DNA of 64,000 nt. It comes from Auanema rhodensis (taxonomy: Eukaryota > Animalia > Nematoda). The stretch is from assembly GCA_964057225.1 (NCBI GenBank), contig OZ059895.1, positions 17,422,001-17,486,000 of the forward strand, written 5' to 3'. Shown here one piece after another: positions 52,437 to 64,000 of the stretch. The position numbers and the translations under genes are program-made. The notes beneath the pieces were generated by a model that was given only the letters and a program-made list of their open reading frames with translations, was not told where the DNA came from and did not search any database. The number at the start of each line of letters is the position of its first letter. Positions within the stretch are counted from its first letter, which is position 1.

Positions 52437-52632
52437 CGATTTATTTTCTCGATTTCTTAGTTCCCTATCATAGCAAACGATTGTTCAATTTGATTTACAC
52501 CAGTCCTACACAATTTATCATTTTGCCGCGGGGAGGTATACTACGTATAAAAACCATCATTATTTCAGTCTTGATAACATCAAAGAATGGAGCGATTCCC
52601 TTGATCAACTCCAGGATAACGGCAACTCAAAG

Positions 52633-52962
52633 ATGCCTAACAAAAGTCAGAATACGTCTGCACCAAAAAAGCAGAACAACTCTAAAGTGAAGTACAGAAA
52701 AATGGAAGAAGACATGAAATGTCAACTCTGTTGGAAGAAGGGCCACACCATGGGAAAATGCACAGTCTACAAGACTGCAGCACAACGCGTCAAGCGTTGC
52801 AAGTTGATCAACATGTGCTTGAAGTGTTTGCGGAACCACTTTGGAAAACCGTGTGTGGAGAAGATGAAGAAAATATGTCATGTGTGCAAAGGAAGCGGAC
52901 TGGACCACGATCATCCTGGTGTATTATGCAAGCTGCAGTTTGCGGAGGAACTAGCAGAATGA
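52633..52962 (+). CDS. Stand-alone triple zinc-knuckle nucleocapsid-like protein (copy 2)
   Basis: Identical to 10865-11194. Confidence 0.8.
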   Translation: MPNKSQNTSAPKKQNNSKVKYRKMEEDMKCQLCWKKGHTMGKCTVYKTAAQRVKRCKLINMCLKCLRNHFGKPCVEKMKKICHVCKGSGLDHDHPGVLCKLQFAEELAE

Positions 52963-52995
52963 AATCAGTTCTGATTTCTCTCTCCTGGCCCGGAA

Positions 52996-53411
52996 TATCG
53001 CGAATGCGATTATCCATCATTCAATCGATGCAATCTCATCACGTTGGCTGATGAGATTCACGGGCACTCTGTTTTTATACCACCGTCGCGGACGGTCGCT
53101 TTTCTCTCTCCTCGTTGCTGTCTTTATCTTATGACTCATCTAGTCTGAACCACCGTTTTATCCTTGTCCTTTAGTAAGACTATCTCTAGTCTCATTAGTG
53201 ATGTATATCTAGTCTTATTACATTCACTCTAGTCTTCTATGTATTTTATCTAGTCTTATTATATATCTTCTAGTCCTTATATTCTGTATTATGTATATCT
53301 GAATGGCATATGAATGAATCTTTCTTCCTCTAATAGTATTTTACGTTAACAGGGCATAGAATAGAAAGTGTGAACCTGGGAGGCTATTTGAAGAGCCCTC
53401 TATCTTCAAAA
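52996..53411 (+). repeat. 3' LTR of element 2 (416 bp)
   Basis: Preceded by GGCCCGGAA and followed by TSD GCTGG. Confidence 0.95.
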
Positions 53412-54790
53412 GCTGGTTCGATTCCAGCATGAGGCATCGTTTTAGACTTTCTCAAACTATTTTGAGGATTAATTCGTGCTTCTCGAAGCTTTTACTTCAG
53501 GTTACATCTTCTCTTATTCATTCAAATGAATTGTTTCAATTGAATATGTAAACGCATTGTTGAAAGTGACTAAGAGATTATAATCGAGAAATGAAAATAA
53601 CTTTTTAAGCCTCATTGGCTCAGGGGCAGAGCGTCTGTCTAGTAAACAGAAGGTCGCTGGTTCGATTCCAGCATGAGGAATCGTTTTAGACTTTTTCAAA
53701 ATATTTTGAAGATTAATTCGTGCTTCTTGAAGCTTTTACTTCAGGTTACATCTTCTCTTATTCATTCGAATGAAATATTTTACTTCAATATGGAGCAGTA
53801 TTGTTAAAAGTGACAAAGTGATTATTATCGACAAATGAAAACAACTTATCAAGCCTCATTGGCTCAGGGGCAGAGCGTCTGTCTAGTAAACAGAAGGTCG
53901 CTGGTTCGATTCCAGCATGAGGCATCGTTTTAGACTTTTTCAAACTATTTTGAGGATTAATTCGTGCTTCTTGAAGCTTTTACTTCAGGTTACATCTTCT
54001 CTTATTCATTCGAATGAAATATTTTACTTCAACACGGAGCAGTATTGTTAAAAGTGACAAAGTGATTTATATCGACAAATGAAAACAACTTATCAAGCCT
54101 CATTGGCTCAGGAGCAGAGCGTCTGTCTAGTCGATTCCAACATGAGGCATCGTTTTAGACTTTCTCAAACTATTTTTAGGATTCATTCGTGCTTCTTGAA
54201 GCTTTTACTTCAGGTTACATCTTCTCTTATTCATTCGAATGAAATATTTTACTTCAATACGGAGCAGTATTGTTAAAAGTGACAAAGTGATTATTATCGA
54301 CAAATGAAAACAACTTATCAAGCCTCATTGGCTCAGGGGCAGAGCGTCTGTCTAGTAAACAGAAGGTCGCTGGTTCGATTCCAGCATGAGGAATCGTTTT
54401 AGACTTTTTCAAAATATTTTGAAGATTAATTCGTGCTTCTTGAAGCTTTTACTTCAGGTTACATCTTCTCTTATTCATTCGAATGAAATATTTTACTTCA
54501 ATACGGAGCAGTATTGTTCAAAGTGACAAAGTGATTATTATCGACAAAAGAAAACAACTTATCAAGCCTCATTGGCTCAGGGGCAGAGCGTCTGTCTAGT
54601 CGATTCCAGCATGAGGCATCGTTTTAGACTTTCTCAAACTATTTTGAGGATTAATTCGTGCTTCTTGAAGCTTTTACTTCAGGTTACATCTTCTCTTATT
54701 CATTCGAATGAAATATTTTACTTCAATACGGAGCAGTATTGTTGAAAGTGACTAAGAGATTATTATCGACAAATGAAATTAACTTATCAA

Positions 54791-54845
54791 GCCTCATTGG
54801 CTCAGGGGCAGAGCGTCTGTCTAGTAAACATTCCAGCATGAGGCA
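54791..54845 (+). pseudogene. tRNA-Thr pseudogene with a distinct 17-bp deletion (also at 56143, 59596, 60740, 62977)
   Basis: ...CTAGTAAACA^TTCCAGC...; GAAGGTCGCTGGTTCGA is missing. Confidence 0.9.
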
Positions 54846-57800
54846 TCTTCTTAGACTTTCTCAAACTATTTTTAGGATTCATTCGTGCTTCTCGAAGCTT
54901 TTACTTCAGGTTACATCTTCTGTTATTCATTCGAATGAAATATTTTACTTCAATACGGAGCAGTATTGTTAAAAGTGACTAAGAGATTATAATAGAGAAA
55001 TGAGAATAACTTATCAAGCCTCATTGGCTCAGGGGCAGAGCGTCTGTCTAGTCGATTCCAGCATGAGGCATCGTTTTAGACTTTCTCAAACTATTTTGAA
55101 GATTAATTCGTGCTTCTTGAAGCGTTTACTTCAGGTTACATCTTCTCTTATTCATTCGAATGAAATATTTTACTTCAATACGGAGCAGTATTCTTGAAAG
55201 TGACTAAGAGATTATTATCGACAAAAGAAAATAACTTATCAAGCCTCATTGGCTCAGGGGCAGAGCGTCTGTCTAGTCGATTCCAGCATGAGGCATCGTT
55301 TTAGACTTTCTCAAACTATTTTGAGGATTAATTCGTGCTTCTTGAAGCTTTTACTTCAGGTTACATCTTCTCTTATTCATTCGAATGAAATATTTTACTT
55401 CAATACGGAGCAGTATTGTTGAAAGTGACTAAGAGATAATTATCGACAAAAGAAAATAACTTATCAAGCCTCATTGGCTCAGGGGCAGAGCGTCTGTCTA
55501 GTCGATTCCAGCATGAGGCATCGTTTTAGACTTTCTCAAACTATTTTGAGGATTAATTCGTGCTTCTTGAAGCTTTTACTTCAGGTTACATCTTCTCTTA
55601 TTCATTCGAATGAAATATTTTACTTCAATACGGAGCAGTATTGTTAAAAGTGACTAAGAGATTATAATAGAGAAATGAGAATAACTTATCAAGCCTCATT
55701 GGCTCAGGGGCAGAGCGTCTGTCTAGTCGATTCCAGCATGAGGTATCGTTTTAGACTTTCTCAAACTATTTTGAGGATTAATTCGTGCTTCTTGAAGCTT
55801 TTACTTCAGGTTACATCTTCTCTTATTCATTCGAATGAAATATTTTACTTCAATACGGAGCAGTATTGTTGAAAGTGACTAAGAGATAATTATCGACAAA
55901 AGAAAATAACTTATCAAGCCTCATTGGCTCAGGGGCAGAGCGTCTGTCTAGTCGATTCCAGCATGAGGCATCGTTTTAGACTTTCTCAAACTATTTTGAG
56001 GATTAATTCGTGCTTCTTGAAGCTTTTACTTCAGGTTACATCTTCTCTTATTCATTCGAATGAAATATTTTACTTCAATACGGAGCAGTATTGTTGAAAG
56101 TGACTAAGAGATTATTATCGACAAATGAAAATAACTTATCAAGCCTCATTGGCTCAGGGGCAGAGCGTCTGTCTAGTAAACATTCCAGCATGAGGCATCT
56201 TCTTAGACTTTCTCAAACTATTTTTAGGATTCATTCGTGCTTCTCGAAGCTTTTACTTCAGGTTACATCTTCTGTTATTCATTCGAATGAAATATTTTAC
56301 TTCAATACGGAGCAGTATTGTTAAAAGTGACTAAGAGATTATAATAGAGAAATGAGAATAACTTATCAAGCCTCATTGGCTCAGGGGCAGAGCGTCTGTC
56401 TAGTCGATTCCAGCATGAGGCATCGTTTTAGACTTTCTCAAACTATTTTGAAGATTAATTCGTGCTTCTTGAAGCGTTTACTTCAGGTTACATCTTCTCT
56501 TATTCATTCGAATGAAATATTTTACTTCAATATGGAGCAGTATTGTTAAAAGTGACAAAGTGATTATTATCGACAAATGAAAACAACTTATCAAGCCTCA
56601 TTGGCTCAGGGGCAGAGCGTCTGTCTAGTAAACAGAAGGTCGCTGGTTCGATTCCAGCATGAGGCATCGTTTTAGACTTTTTCAAACTATTTTGAGGATT
56701 AATTCGTGCTTCTTGAAGCTTTTACTTCAGGTTACATCTTCTCTTATTCATTCGAATGAAATATTTTACTTCAATACGGAGCAGTATTGTTAAAAGTGAC
56801 AAAGTGATTATTATCGACAAATGAAAACAACTTATCAAGCCTCATTGGCTCAGGGGCAGAGCGTCTGTCTAGTAAACAGAAGGTCGCTGGTTCGATTCCA
56901 GCATGAGGCATCGTTTTAGACTTTTTCAAACTATTTTGAGGATTAATTCGTGCTTCTTGAAGCTTTTACTTCAGGTTACATCTTCTCTTATTCATTCGAA
57001 TGAAATATTTCACTTCAATACGGAGCAGTATTGTTAAAAGTGACAAAGTGATTATTATCGACAAATGAAAACAACTTATCAAGCCTCATTGGCTCAGGGG
57101 CAGAGCGTCTGTCTAGTAAACAGAAGGTCGCTGGTTCGATTCCAGCATGAGGCATCGTTTTAGACTTTTTCAAACTATTTTGAGGATTAATTCGTGCTTC
57201 TTGAAGCTTTTACTTCAGGTTACATCTTCTCTTATTCATTCGAATGAAATATTTTACTTCAATACGGAGCAGTATTGTTAAAAGTGACAAAGTGATTATT
57301 ATCGACAAATGAAAACAACTTATCAAGCCTCATTGGCTCAGGAGCAGAGCGTCTGTCTAGTCGATTCCAGCTTGAGGCATCTTTTTAGACTTTCTCAAAC
57401 TATTTTTAGGATTTATTCGTGCTTCTCGAAGCTTTTACTTCAGGTTACATCTTCTCTTATTCATTCGAATGAAATATTTTACTTCAATACGGAGCAGTAT
57501 TGTTAAAAGTGACAAAGTGATTATTATCGACAAATGAAAACAAATTATCAAGCCTCATTGGCTCAGAGGCAGAGCGTCTGTCTAGTCGATTCCAGCATGA
57601 GGCATCGTTTTAGACTTTCTCAAACTATTTTTAGGATTCATTCGTGCTTCTCAAAGCTTTTACTTCAGGTTACATCTTCTCTCATTCATTCGAATGAAAT
57701 ATTTTACTTCAATACGGAGCAGTATTGTTAAAAGTGACAAAGTGATTATTATCGACAAATGAAAACAACTTATCAAGCCTCATTGGCTCAGGAGCAGAGC

Positions 57801-60800
57801 GTCTGTCTAGTCGATTCCAGCTTGAGGCATCTTTTTAGACTTTCTCAAACTATTTTTAGGATTTATTCGTGCTTCTCGAAGCTTTTACTTCAGGTTACAT
57901 CTTCTCTTATTCATTCGAATGAAATATTTTACTTCAATACGGAGCAGTATTGTTAAAAGTGACAAAGTGATTATTATCGACAAATGAAAACAAATTATCA
58001 AGCCTCATTGGCTCAGAGGCAGAGCGTCTGTCTAGTCGATTCCAGCATGAGGCATCGTTTTAGACTTTCTCAAACTATTTTTAGGATTCATTCGTGCTTC
58101 TCAAAGCTTTTACTTCAGGTTACATCTTCTCTCATTCATTCGAATGAAATATTTTACTTCAATACGGAGCAGTATTGTTAAAAGTGACAAAGTGATTATT
58201 ATCGACAAATGAAAACAACTTATCAAGCCTCATTGGCTCAGGGGCAGAGCGTCTGTCTAGTAAACAGAAGGTCGCTGGTTCGATTCCAGCATGAGGCATC
58301 GTTTTAGACTTTCTCAAACTATTTTTAGGATTCATTCGTGCTTCTCAAAGCTTTTACTTCAGGTTACATCTTCTCTTATTCATTCGAATGAAATATTTTA
58401 CTTCAATACGGAGCAGTATTGTTAAAAGTGACAAAGTGATTATTATCGACAAATGAAAACAAATTATCAAGCCTCATTGGCTCAGAGGCAGAGCGTCTGT
58501 CTAGTCGATTCCAGCATGAGGCATCGTTTTAGACTTTCTCAAACTATTTTTAGGATTCATTCGTGCTTCTCAAAGCTTTTACTTCAGGTTACATCTTCTC
58601 TCATTCATTCGAATGAAATATTTTACTTCAATACGGAGCAGTATTGTTAAAAGTGACAAAGTGATTATTATCGACAAATGAAAACAACTTATCAAGCCTC
58701 ATTGGCTCAGGAGCAGAGCGTCTGTCTAGTCGATTCCAGCTTGAGGCATCTTTTTAGACTTTCTCAAACTATTTTTAGGATTTATTCGTGCTTCTCGAAG
58801 CTTTTACTTCAGGTTACATCTTCTCTTATTCATTCGAATGAAATATTTTACTTCAATACGGAGCAGTATTGTTAAAAGTGACAAAGTGATTATTATCGAC
58901 AAATGAAAACAAATTATCAAGCCTCATTGGCTCAGAGGCAGAGCGTCTGTCTAGTCGATTCCAGCATGAGGCATCGTTTTAGACTTTCTCAAACTATTTT
59001 TAGGATTCATTCGTGCTTCTCAAAGCTTTTACTTCAGGTTACATCTTCTCTCATTCATTCGAATGAAATATTTTACTTCAATACGGAGCAGTATTGTTAA
59101 AAGTGACAAAGTGATTATTATCGACAAATGAAAACAAATTATCAAGCCTCATTGGCTCAGAGGCAGAGCGTCTGTCTAGTCGATTCCAGCATGAGGCATC
59201 GTTTTAGACTTTCTCAAACTATTTTGAAGATTAATTCGTGCTTCTTGAAGCTTTTACTTCAGGTTACATCTTCTCTTATTCATTAGAATGAAATATTTTA
59301 CTTCAATACGGAGCAGTATTGTTAAAATTGACAAAGTGATTATTATCGACAAAAGAAAACAACTTATCAAGCTTCATTGGCTCAGGGGCAGAGCGTCTGT
59401 CTAGTCGATTCCAGCATGAGGCATCGTTTTAGACTTTCTCAAACTATTTTGAGGATTAATTCGTGCTTCTTGAAGCTTTTACTTCAGTTTACATCTTCTC
59501 TTATTCATTCGAATGAAATATTTTACTTGAATAAGGAGCAGTATTGTTGAAAGTGACTAAGAGATTATTATCGACAAATGAAAATAACTTATCAAGCCTC
59601 ATTGGCTCAGAGGCAGAGCGTCTGTCTAGTAAACATTCCAGCATGAGGCATCGTTTTAGACTTTCTCAAACTATTTTGAGGATTAATTCGTGCTTCTTGA
59701 AGCTTTTACTTCAGGTTACATCTTCTGTTATTCATTCGAATGAAATATTTTACTTCAATACGGAGCAGTATTGTTAAAAGTGACTAAGAGATTATAATAG
59801 AGAAATGAGAATAACTTATCAAGCCTCATTGGCTCAGGGGCAGAGCGTCTGTCTAGTCGATTCCAGCATGAGGCATCGTTTTAGACTTTCTCAAACTATT
59901 TTGAAGATTAATTCGTGCTTCTTGAAGCTTTTACTTCAGGTTACATCTTCTGTTATTCATTCGAATGAAATATTTTACTTCAATACGGAGCAGTATTGTT
60001 AAAAGTGACTAAGAGATAATAATAGAGAAATGAGAATAACTTATCAAGCCTCATTGGCTCAGGGGCAGAGCGTCTGTCTAGTCGATTCCAGCATGAGGCA
60101 TCGTTTTAGACTTTCTCAAAACATTTTTAGGATTCATTCGTGCTTCTCGAAGCTTTTACTTCAGGTTACATCTTCTGTTATTCATTCGAATGAAATATTT
60201 TACTTCAATACGGAGCAGTATTGTTAAAAGTGACTAAGAGATTATAATAGAGAAATGAGAATAACTTATCAAGCCTCATTGGCTCAGGGGCAGAGCGTCT
60301 GTCTAGTCGATTCCAGCATGAGGCATCGTTTTAGACTTTCTCAAACTATTTTGAAGATTAATTCGTGCTTCTTGAAGCGTTTACTTCAGGTTACATCTTC
60401 TCTTATTCATTCGAATGAAATATTTTACTTCAATATGGAGCAGTATTGTTAAAAGTGACAAAGTGATTATTATCGACAAATGAAAACAACTTATCAAGCC
60501 TCATTGGCTCAGGGCCAGCGTCTGTCTAGTAAACAGAAGGTCGCTGGTTCGATTCCAGCATGAGGCATCGTTTTAGACTTTTTCAAACTATTTTGAGGAT
60601 TAATTCGTGCTTCTTGAAGCTTTTACTTCAGGTTACATCTTCTCTTATTCATTCGAATGAAATATTTTACTTCAATACGGAGCAGTATTGTTAAAAGTGA
60701 CAAAGTGATTATTATCGACAAATGAAAACAACTTATCAAGCCTCATTGGCTCAGGGGCAGAGCGTCTGTCTAGTAAACATTCCAGCATGAGGCATCTTTT

Positions 60801-61097
60801 TAGACTTTCTCAAACTATTTTTAGGATTCATTCGTGCTTCTCGAAGCTTTTACTTCAGGTTACATCTTCTGTTATTCATTCGAATGAAATATTTTACTTC
60901 AATACGGAGCAGTATTGTTAAAAGTGACAAAGTGATTATTATCGACAAATGAAAACAACTTATCAAGCCTCATTGGCTCAGGGGCAGAGCGTCTGTCTAG
61001 TAAACAGAAGGTCGCTGGTTCGATTCCAGCATGAGGCATCGTTTTAGACTTTTTCAAAATATTTTGAAGATTAATTCGTGCTTCTTGAAGCTTTTAC

Positions 61098-61995
61098 GGC
61101 AGAGCGTCTGTCTAGTAAACAGAAGGTCGCTGGTTCGATTCCAGCATGAGGCATCTTTTTAGACTTTCTCAAACTATTTTGAGGATCTATTCGTAGTTCT
61201 TAAAGCTTTTACTTCAGGTTACATCTTTTATTATTCAATCAAATGAAATCTTTATATTCAATATGTATACGCATTGTTGAAAGTGGCGCAGAGATTATAA
61301 TCGAGAAATGAAAACGATTTATCAAGCCTCATTGGCTCAGGGGCAGAGCGTCTGTCTAGTAAACAGAAGGTCGCTGGTTCGATTCCAGCATGAGGCATCT
61401 TTTTAGAATTTCTAAAACTATTTTGAGGATCTATTCGTAGTTCTTAAAGCTTTTACTTCAGGTTACATCTTTTCTTATTCAATCAAATGAAATCTTTATA
61501 TTCAATATGTATACGCATTGTTGAAAGTGGCGCAGAGATTATAATCGAGAAATGAAAACGATTTATCAAGCCTCATTGGCTCAGGGGCAGAGCGTCTGTC
61601 TAGTACACAGAAGGTCGCTGGTTCGATTCCAGCATGAGGCATCTTTTTAGAATTTCTAAAACTATTTTGAGGATCTATTCGTAGTTCTTAAAGCTTTTAC
61701 TTCAGGTTACATCTTTTCTTATTCAATCAAATGAAATCTTTATATTCAATATGTATACGCATTGTTGAAAGTGGCGCAGAGATTATAATCGAGAAATGAA
61801 AACGATTTATCAAGCCTCATTGGCTCAGGGGCAGAGCGTCTGTCTAGTAAACAGAAGGTCGCTGGTTCGATTCCAGCATGAGGCATCTTTTTAGAATTTC
61901 TAAAACTATTTTGAGGATCTATTCGTAGTTCTTAAAGCTTTTACTTCAGGTTACATCTTTTCTTATTCAATCAAATGAAATCTTTATATTCAATA
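61098..61995 (+). repeat. Block of units with a third, divergent spacer type, starting at a 129-bp deletion junction
   Basis: Junction CTTTTAC^GGCAGAGCG; spacer carries GATCTATTCGTAGTTC, GTATACGC and GTGGCGCAGAG; tRNAs at 61326, 61570, 61814. Confidence 0.85.
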
Positions 61996-64000
61996 CGGAG
62001 CAGTATTGTTAAAAGTGACAAAGTGATTATTATCGACAAATGAAAACAACTTATCAAGCCTCATTGGCTCAGGAGCAGAGCGTCTGTCTAGTCGATTCCA
62101 GCTTGAGGCATCTTTTTAGACTTTCTCAAACTATTTTTAGGATTTATTCGTGCTTCTCGAAGCTTTTACTTCAGGTTACATCTTCTCTTATTCATTCGAA
62201 TGAAATATTTTACTTCAATACGGAGCAGTATTGTTAAAAGTGACAAAGTGATTATTATCGACAAATGAAAACAAATTATTAAGCCTCATTGGCTCAGAGG
62301 CAGAGCGTCTGTCTAGTCGATTCCAGCATGAGGCATCGTTTTAGACTTTCTCAAACTATTTTTAGGATTCATTCGTGCTTCTCAAAGCTTTTACTTCAGG
62401 TTACATCTTCTCTCATTCATTCGAATGAAATATTTTACTTCAATACGGAGCAGTATTGTTAAAAGTGACAAAGTGATTATTATCGACAAATGAAAACAAC
62501 TTATCAAGCCTCATTGGCTCAGGGGCAGAGCGTCTGTCTAGTAAACAGAAGGTCGCTGGTTCGATTCCAGCATGAGGCATCGTTTTAGACTTTTTCAAAA
62601 TATTTTGAAGATTAATTCGTGCTTCTTGAAGCTTTTACTTCAGGTTACATCTTCTCTTATTCATTAGAATGAAATATTTTACTTCAATACGGAGCAGTAT
62701 TGTTAAAATTGACAAAGTGATTATTATCGACAAAAGAAAACAACTTATCAAGCTTCATTGGCTCAGGGGCAGAGCGTCTGTCTAGTCGATTCCAGCATGA
62801 GGCATCGTTTTAGACTTTCTCAAACTATTTTGAGGATTAATTCGTGCTTCTTGAAGCTTTTACTTCAGTTTACATCTTCTCTTATTCATTCGAATGAAAT
62901 ATTTTACTTGAATAAGGAGCAGTATTGTTGAAAGTGACTAAGAGATTATTATCGACAAATGAAAATAACTTATCAAGCCTCATTGGCTCAGGGGCAGAGC
63001 GTCTGTCTAGTAAACATTCCAGCATGAGGCATCGTTTTAGACTTTCTCAAACTATTTTGAGGATTAATTCGTGCTTCTTGAAGCTTTTACTTCAGGTTAC
63101 ATCTTCTGTTATTCATTCGAATGAAATATTTTACTTCAATACGGAGCAGTATTGTTAAAAGTGACTAAGAGATTATAATAGAGAAATGAGAATAACTTAT
63201 CAAGCCTCATTGGCTCAGGGGCAGAGCGTCTGTCTAGTCGATTCCAGCATGAGGCATCGTTTTAGACTTTCTCAAACTATTTTGAAGATTAATTCGTGCT
63301 TCTTGAAGCTTTTACTTCAGGTTACATCTTCTGTTATTCATTCGAATGAAATATTTTACTTCAATACGGAGCAGTATTGTTAAAAGTGACTAAGAGATAA
63401 TAATAGAGAAATGAGAATAACTTATCAAGCCTCATTGGCTCAGGGGCAGAGCGTCTGTCTAGTCGATTCCAGCATGAGGCATCGTTTTAGACTTTCTCAA
63501 AACATTTTTAGGATTCATTCGTGCTTCTCGAAGCTTTTACTTCAGGTTACATCTTCTGTTATTCATTCGAATGAAATATTTTACTTCAATACGGAGCAGT
63601 ATTGTTAAAAGTGACTAAGAGATTATAATAGAGAAATGAGAATAACTTATCAAGCCTCATTGGCTCAGGGGCAGAGCGTCTGTCTAGTCGATTCCAGCAT
63701 GAGGCATCGTTTTAGACTTTCTCAAACTATTTTGAAGATTAATTCGTGCTTCTTGAAGCGTTTACTTCAGGTTACATCTTCTCTTATTCATTCGAATGAA
63801 ATATTTTACTTCAATATGGAGCAGTATTGTTAAAAGTGACAAAGTGATTATTATCGACAAATGAAAACAACTTATCAAGCCTCATTGGCTCAGGGCCAGC
63901 GTCTGTCTAGTAAACAGAAGGTCGCTGGTTCGATTCCAGCATGAGGCATCGTTTTAGACTTTTTCAAACTATTTTGAGGATTAATTCGTGCTTCTTGAAG

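Larger units (their letters stand above)
45657..53411 (+). mobile_element. Non-autonomous env-bearing BEL/Pao LTR retrotransposon, copy 2 (7755 bp)
   Basis: 416-bp LTRs, TSD GCTGG (45652-45656/53412-53416); near-identical to copy 1 with identical predicted proteins. Confidence 0.93.
53412..64000 (+). repeat. tRNA-Thr-derived array, segment 3 (~46 units), more divergent and dominated by deleted units
   Basis: Runs of 225-bp units, 227-bp units, more substitutions; repeats of 450, 1352 and 3381 bp; continues beyond window end. Confidence 0.95.

Noticed and set aside
3890-53411. The two elements as products of one segmental duplication or misassembly
   Set aside because: They have different insertion points and TSDs, and each has its own LTR variant.
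526-63833. Dozens of 61-77 aa ORFs on both strands (MKTTYQAS..., M.KSK.MPHAGIEPATF...)
   Set aside because: They are translations of the tRNA repeat. GIEPATF is the classic antisense-tRNA pseudo-peptide, and the + strand ORFs open only because of the deletions.
1-64000. CRISPR-like repeat/spacer array
   Set aside because: The spacers are themselves near-identical repeats of ~170 bp, the repeat is a tRNA, there are no cas genes, and the context is eukaryotic.

Overview
Eukaryotic DNA, most likely nematode (inferred from the tRNA sequence, TTTCAG-type splice acceptors and a BEL/Pao element with a phlebovirus-like envelope). About 48.5 kb is a head-to-tail tandem array of roughly 200 tRNA-Thr(AGT) units on the + strand. 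Units are 244 bp with an intact 72-nt gene, or 225/227 bp with internally deleted pseudogenes, and they form higher-order repeats. Two near-identical ~7.75 kb BEL/Pao (Belpaoviridae-like) LTR elements (3890-11642 and 45657-53411) have each inserted independently inside a tRNA-Thr gene, with different 5-bp TSDs. The element lacks protease, RT, RNase H and the integrase core. It keeps one long ORF (gag-like N-terminus, integrase C-terminal DUF5641-like domain, phlebovirus-like Gn/Gc) and a separate triple zinc-knuckle ORF downstream. It also has non-canonical TA...AA termini, a tRNA-Gly PBS, a ~1 kb nested fold-back leader, and an internal tRNA-like A/B-box module. The short ORFs called in the array are artefacts.
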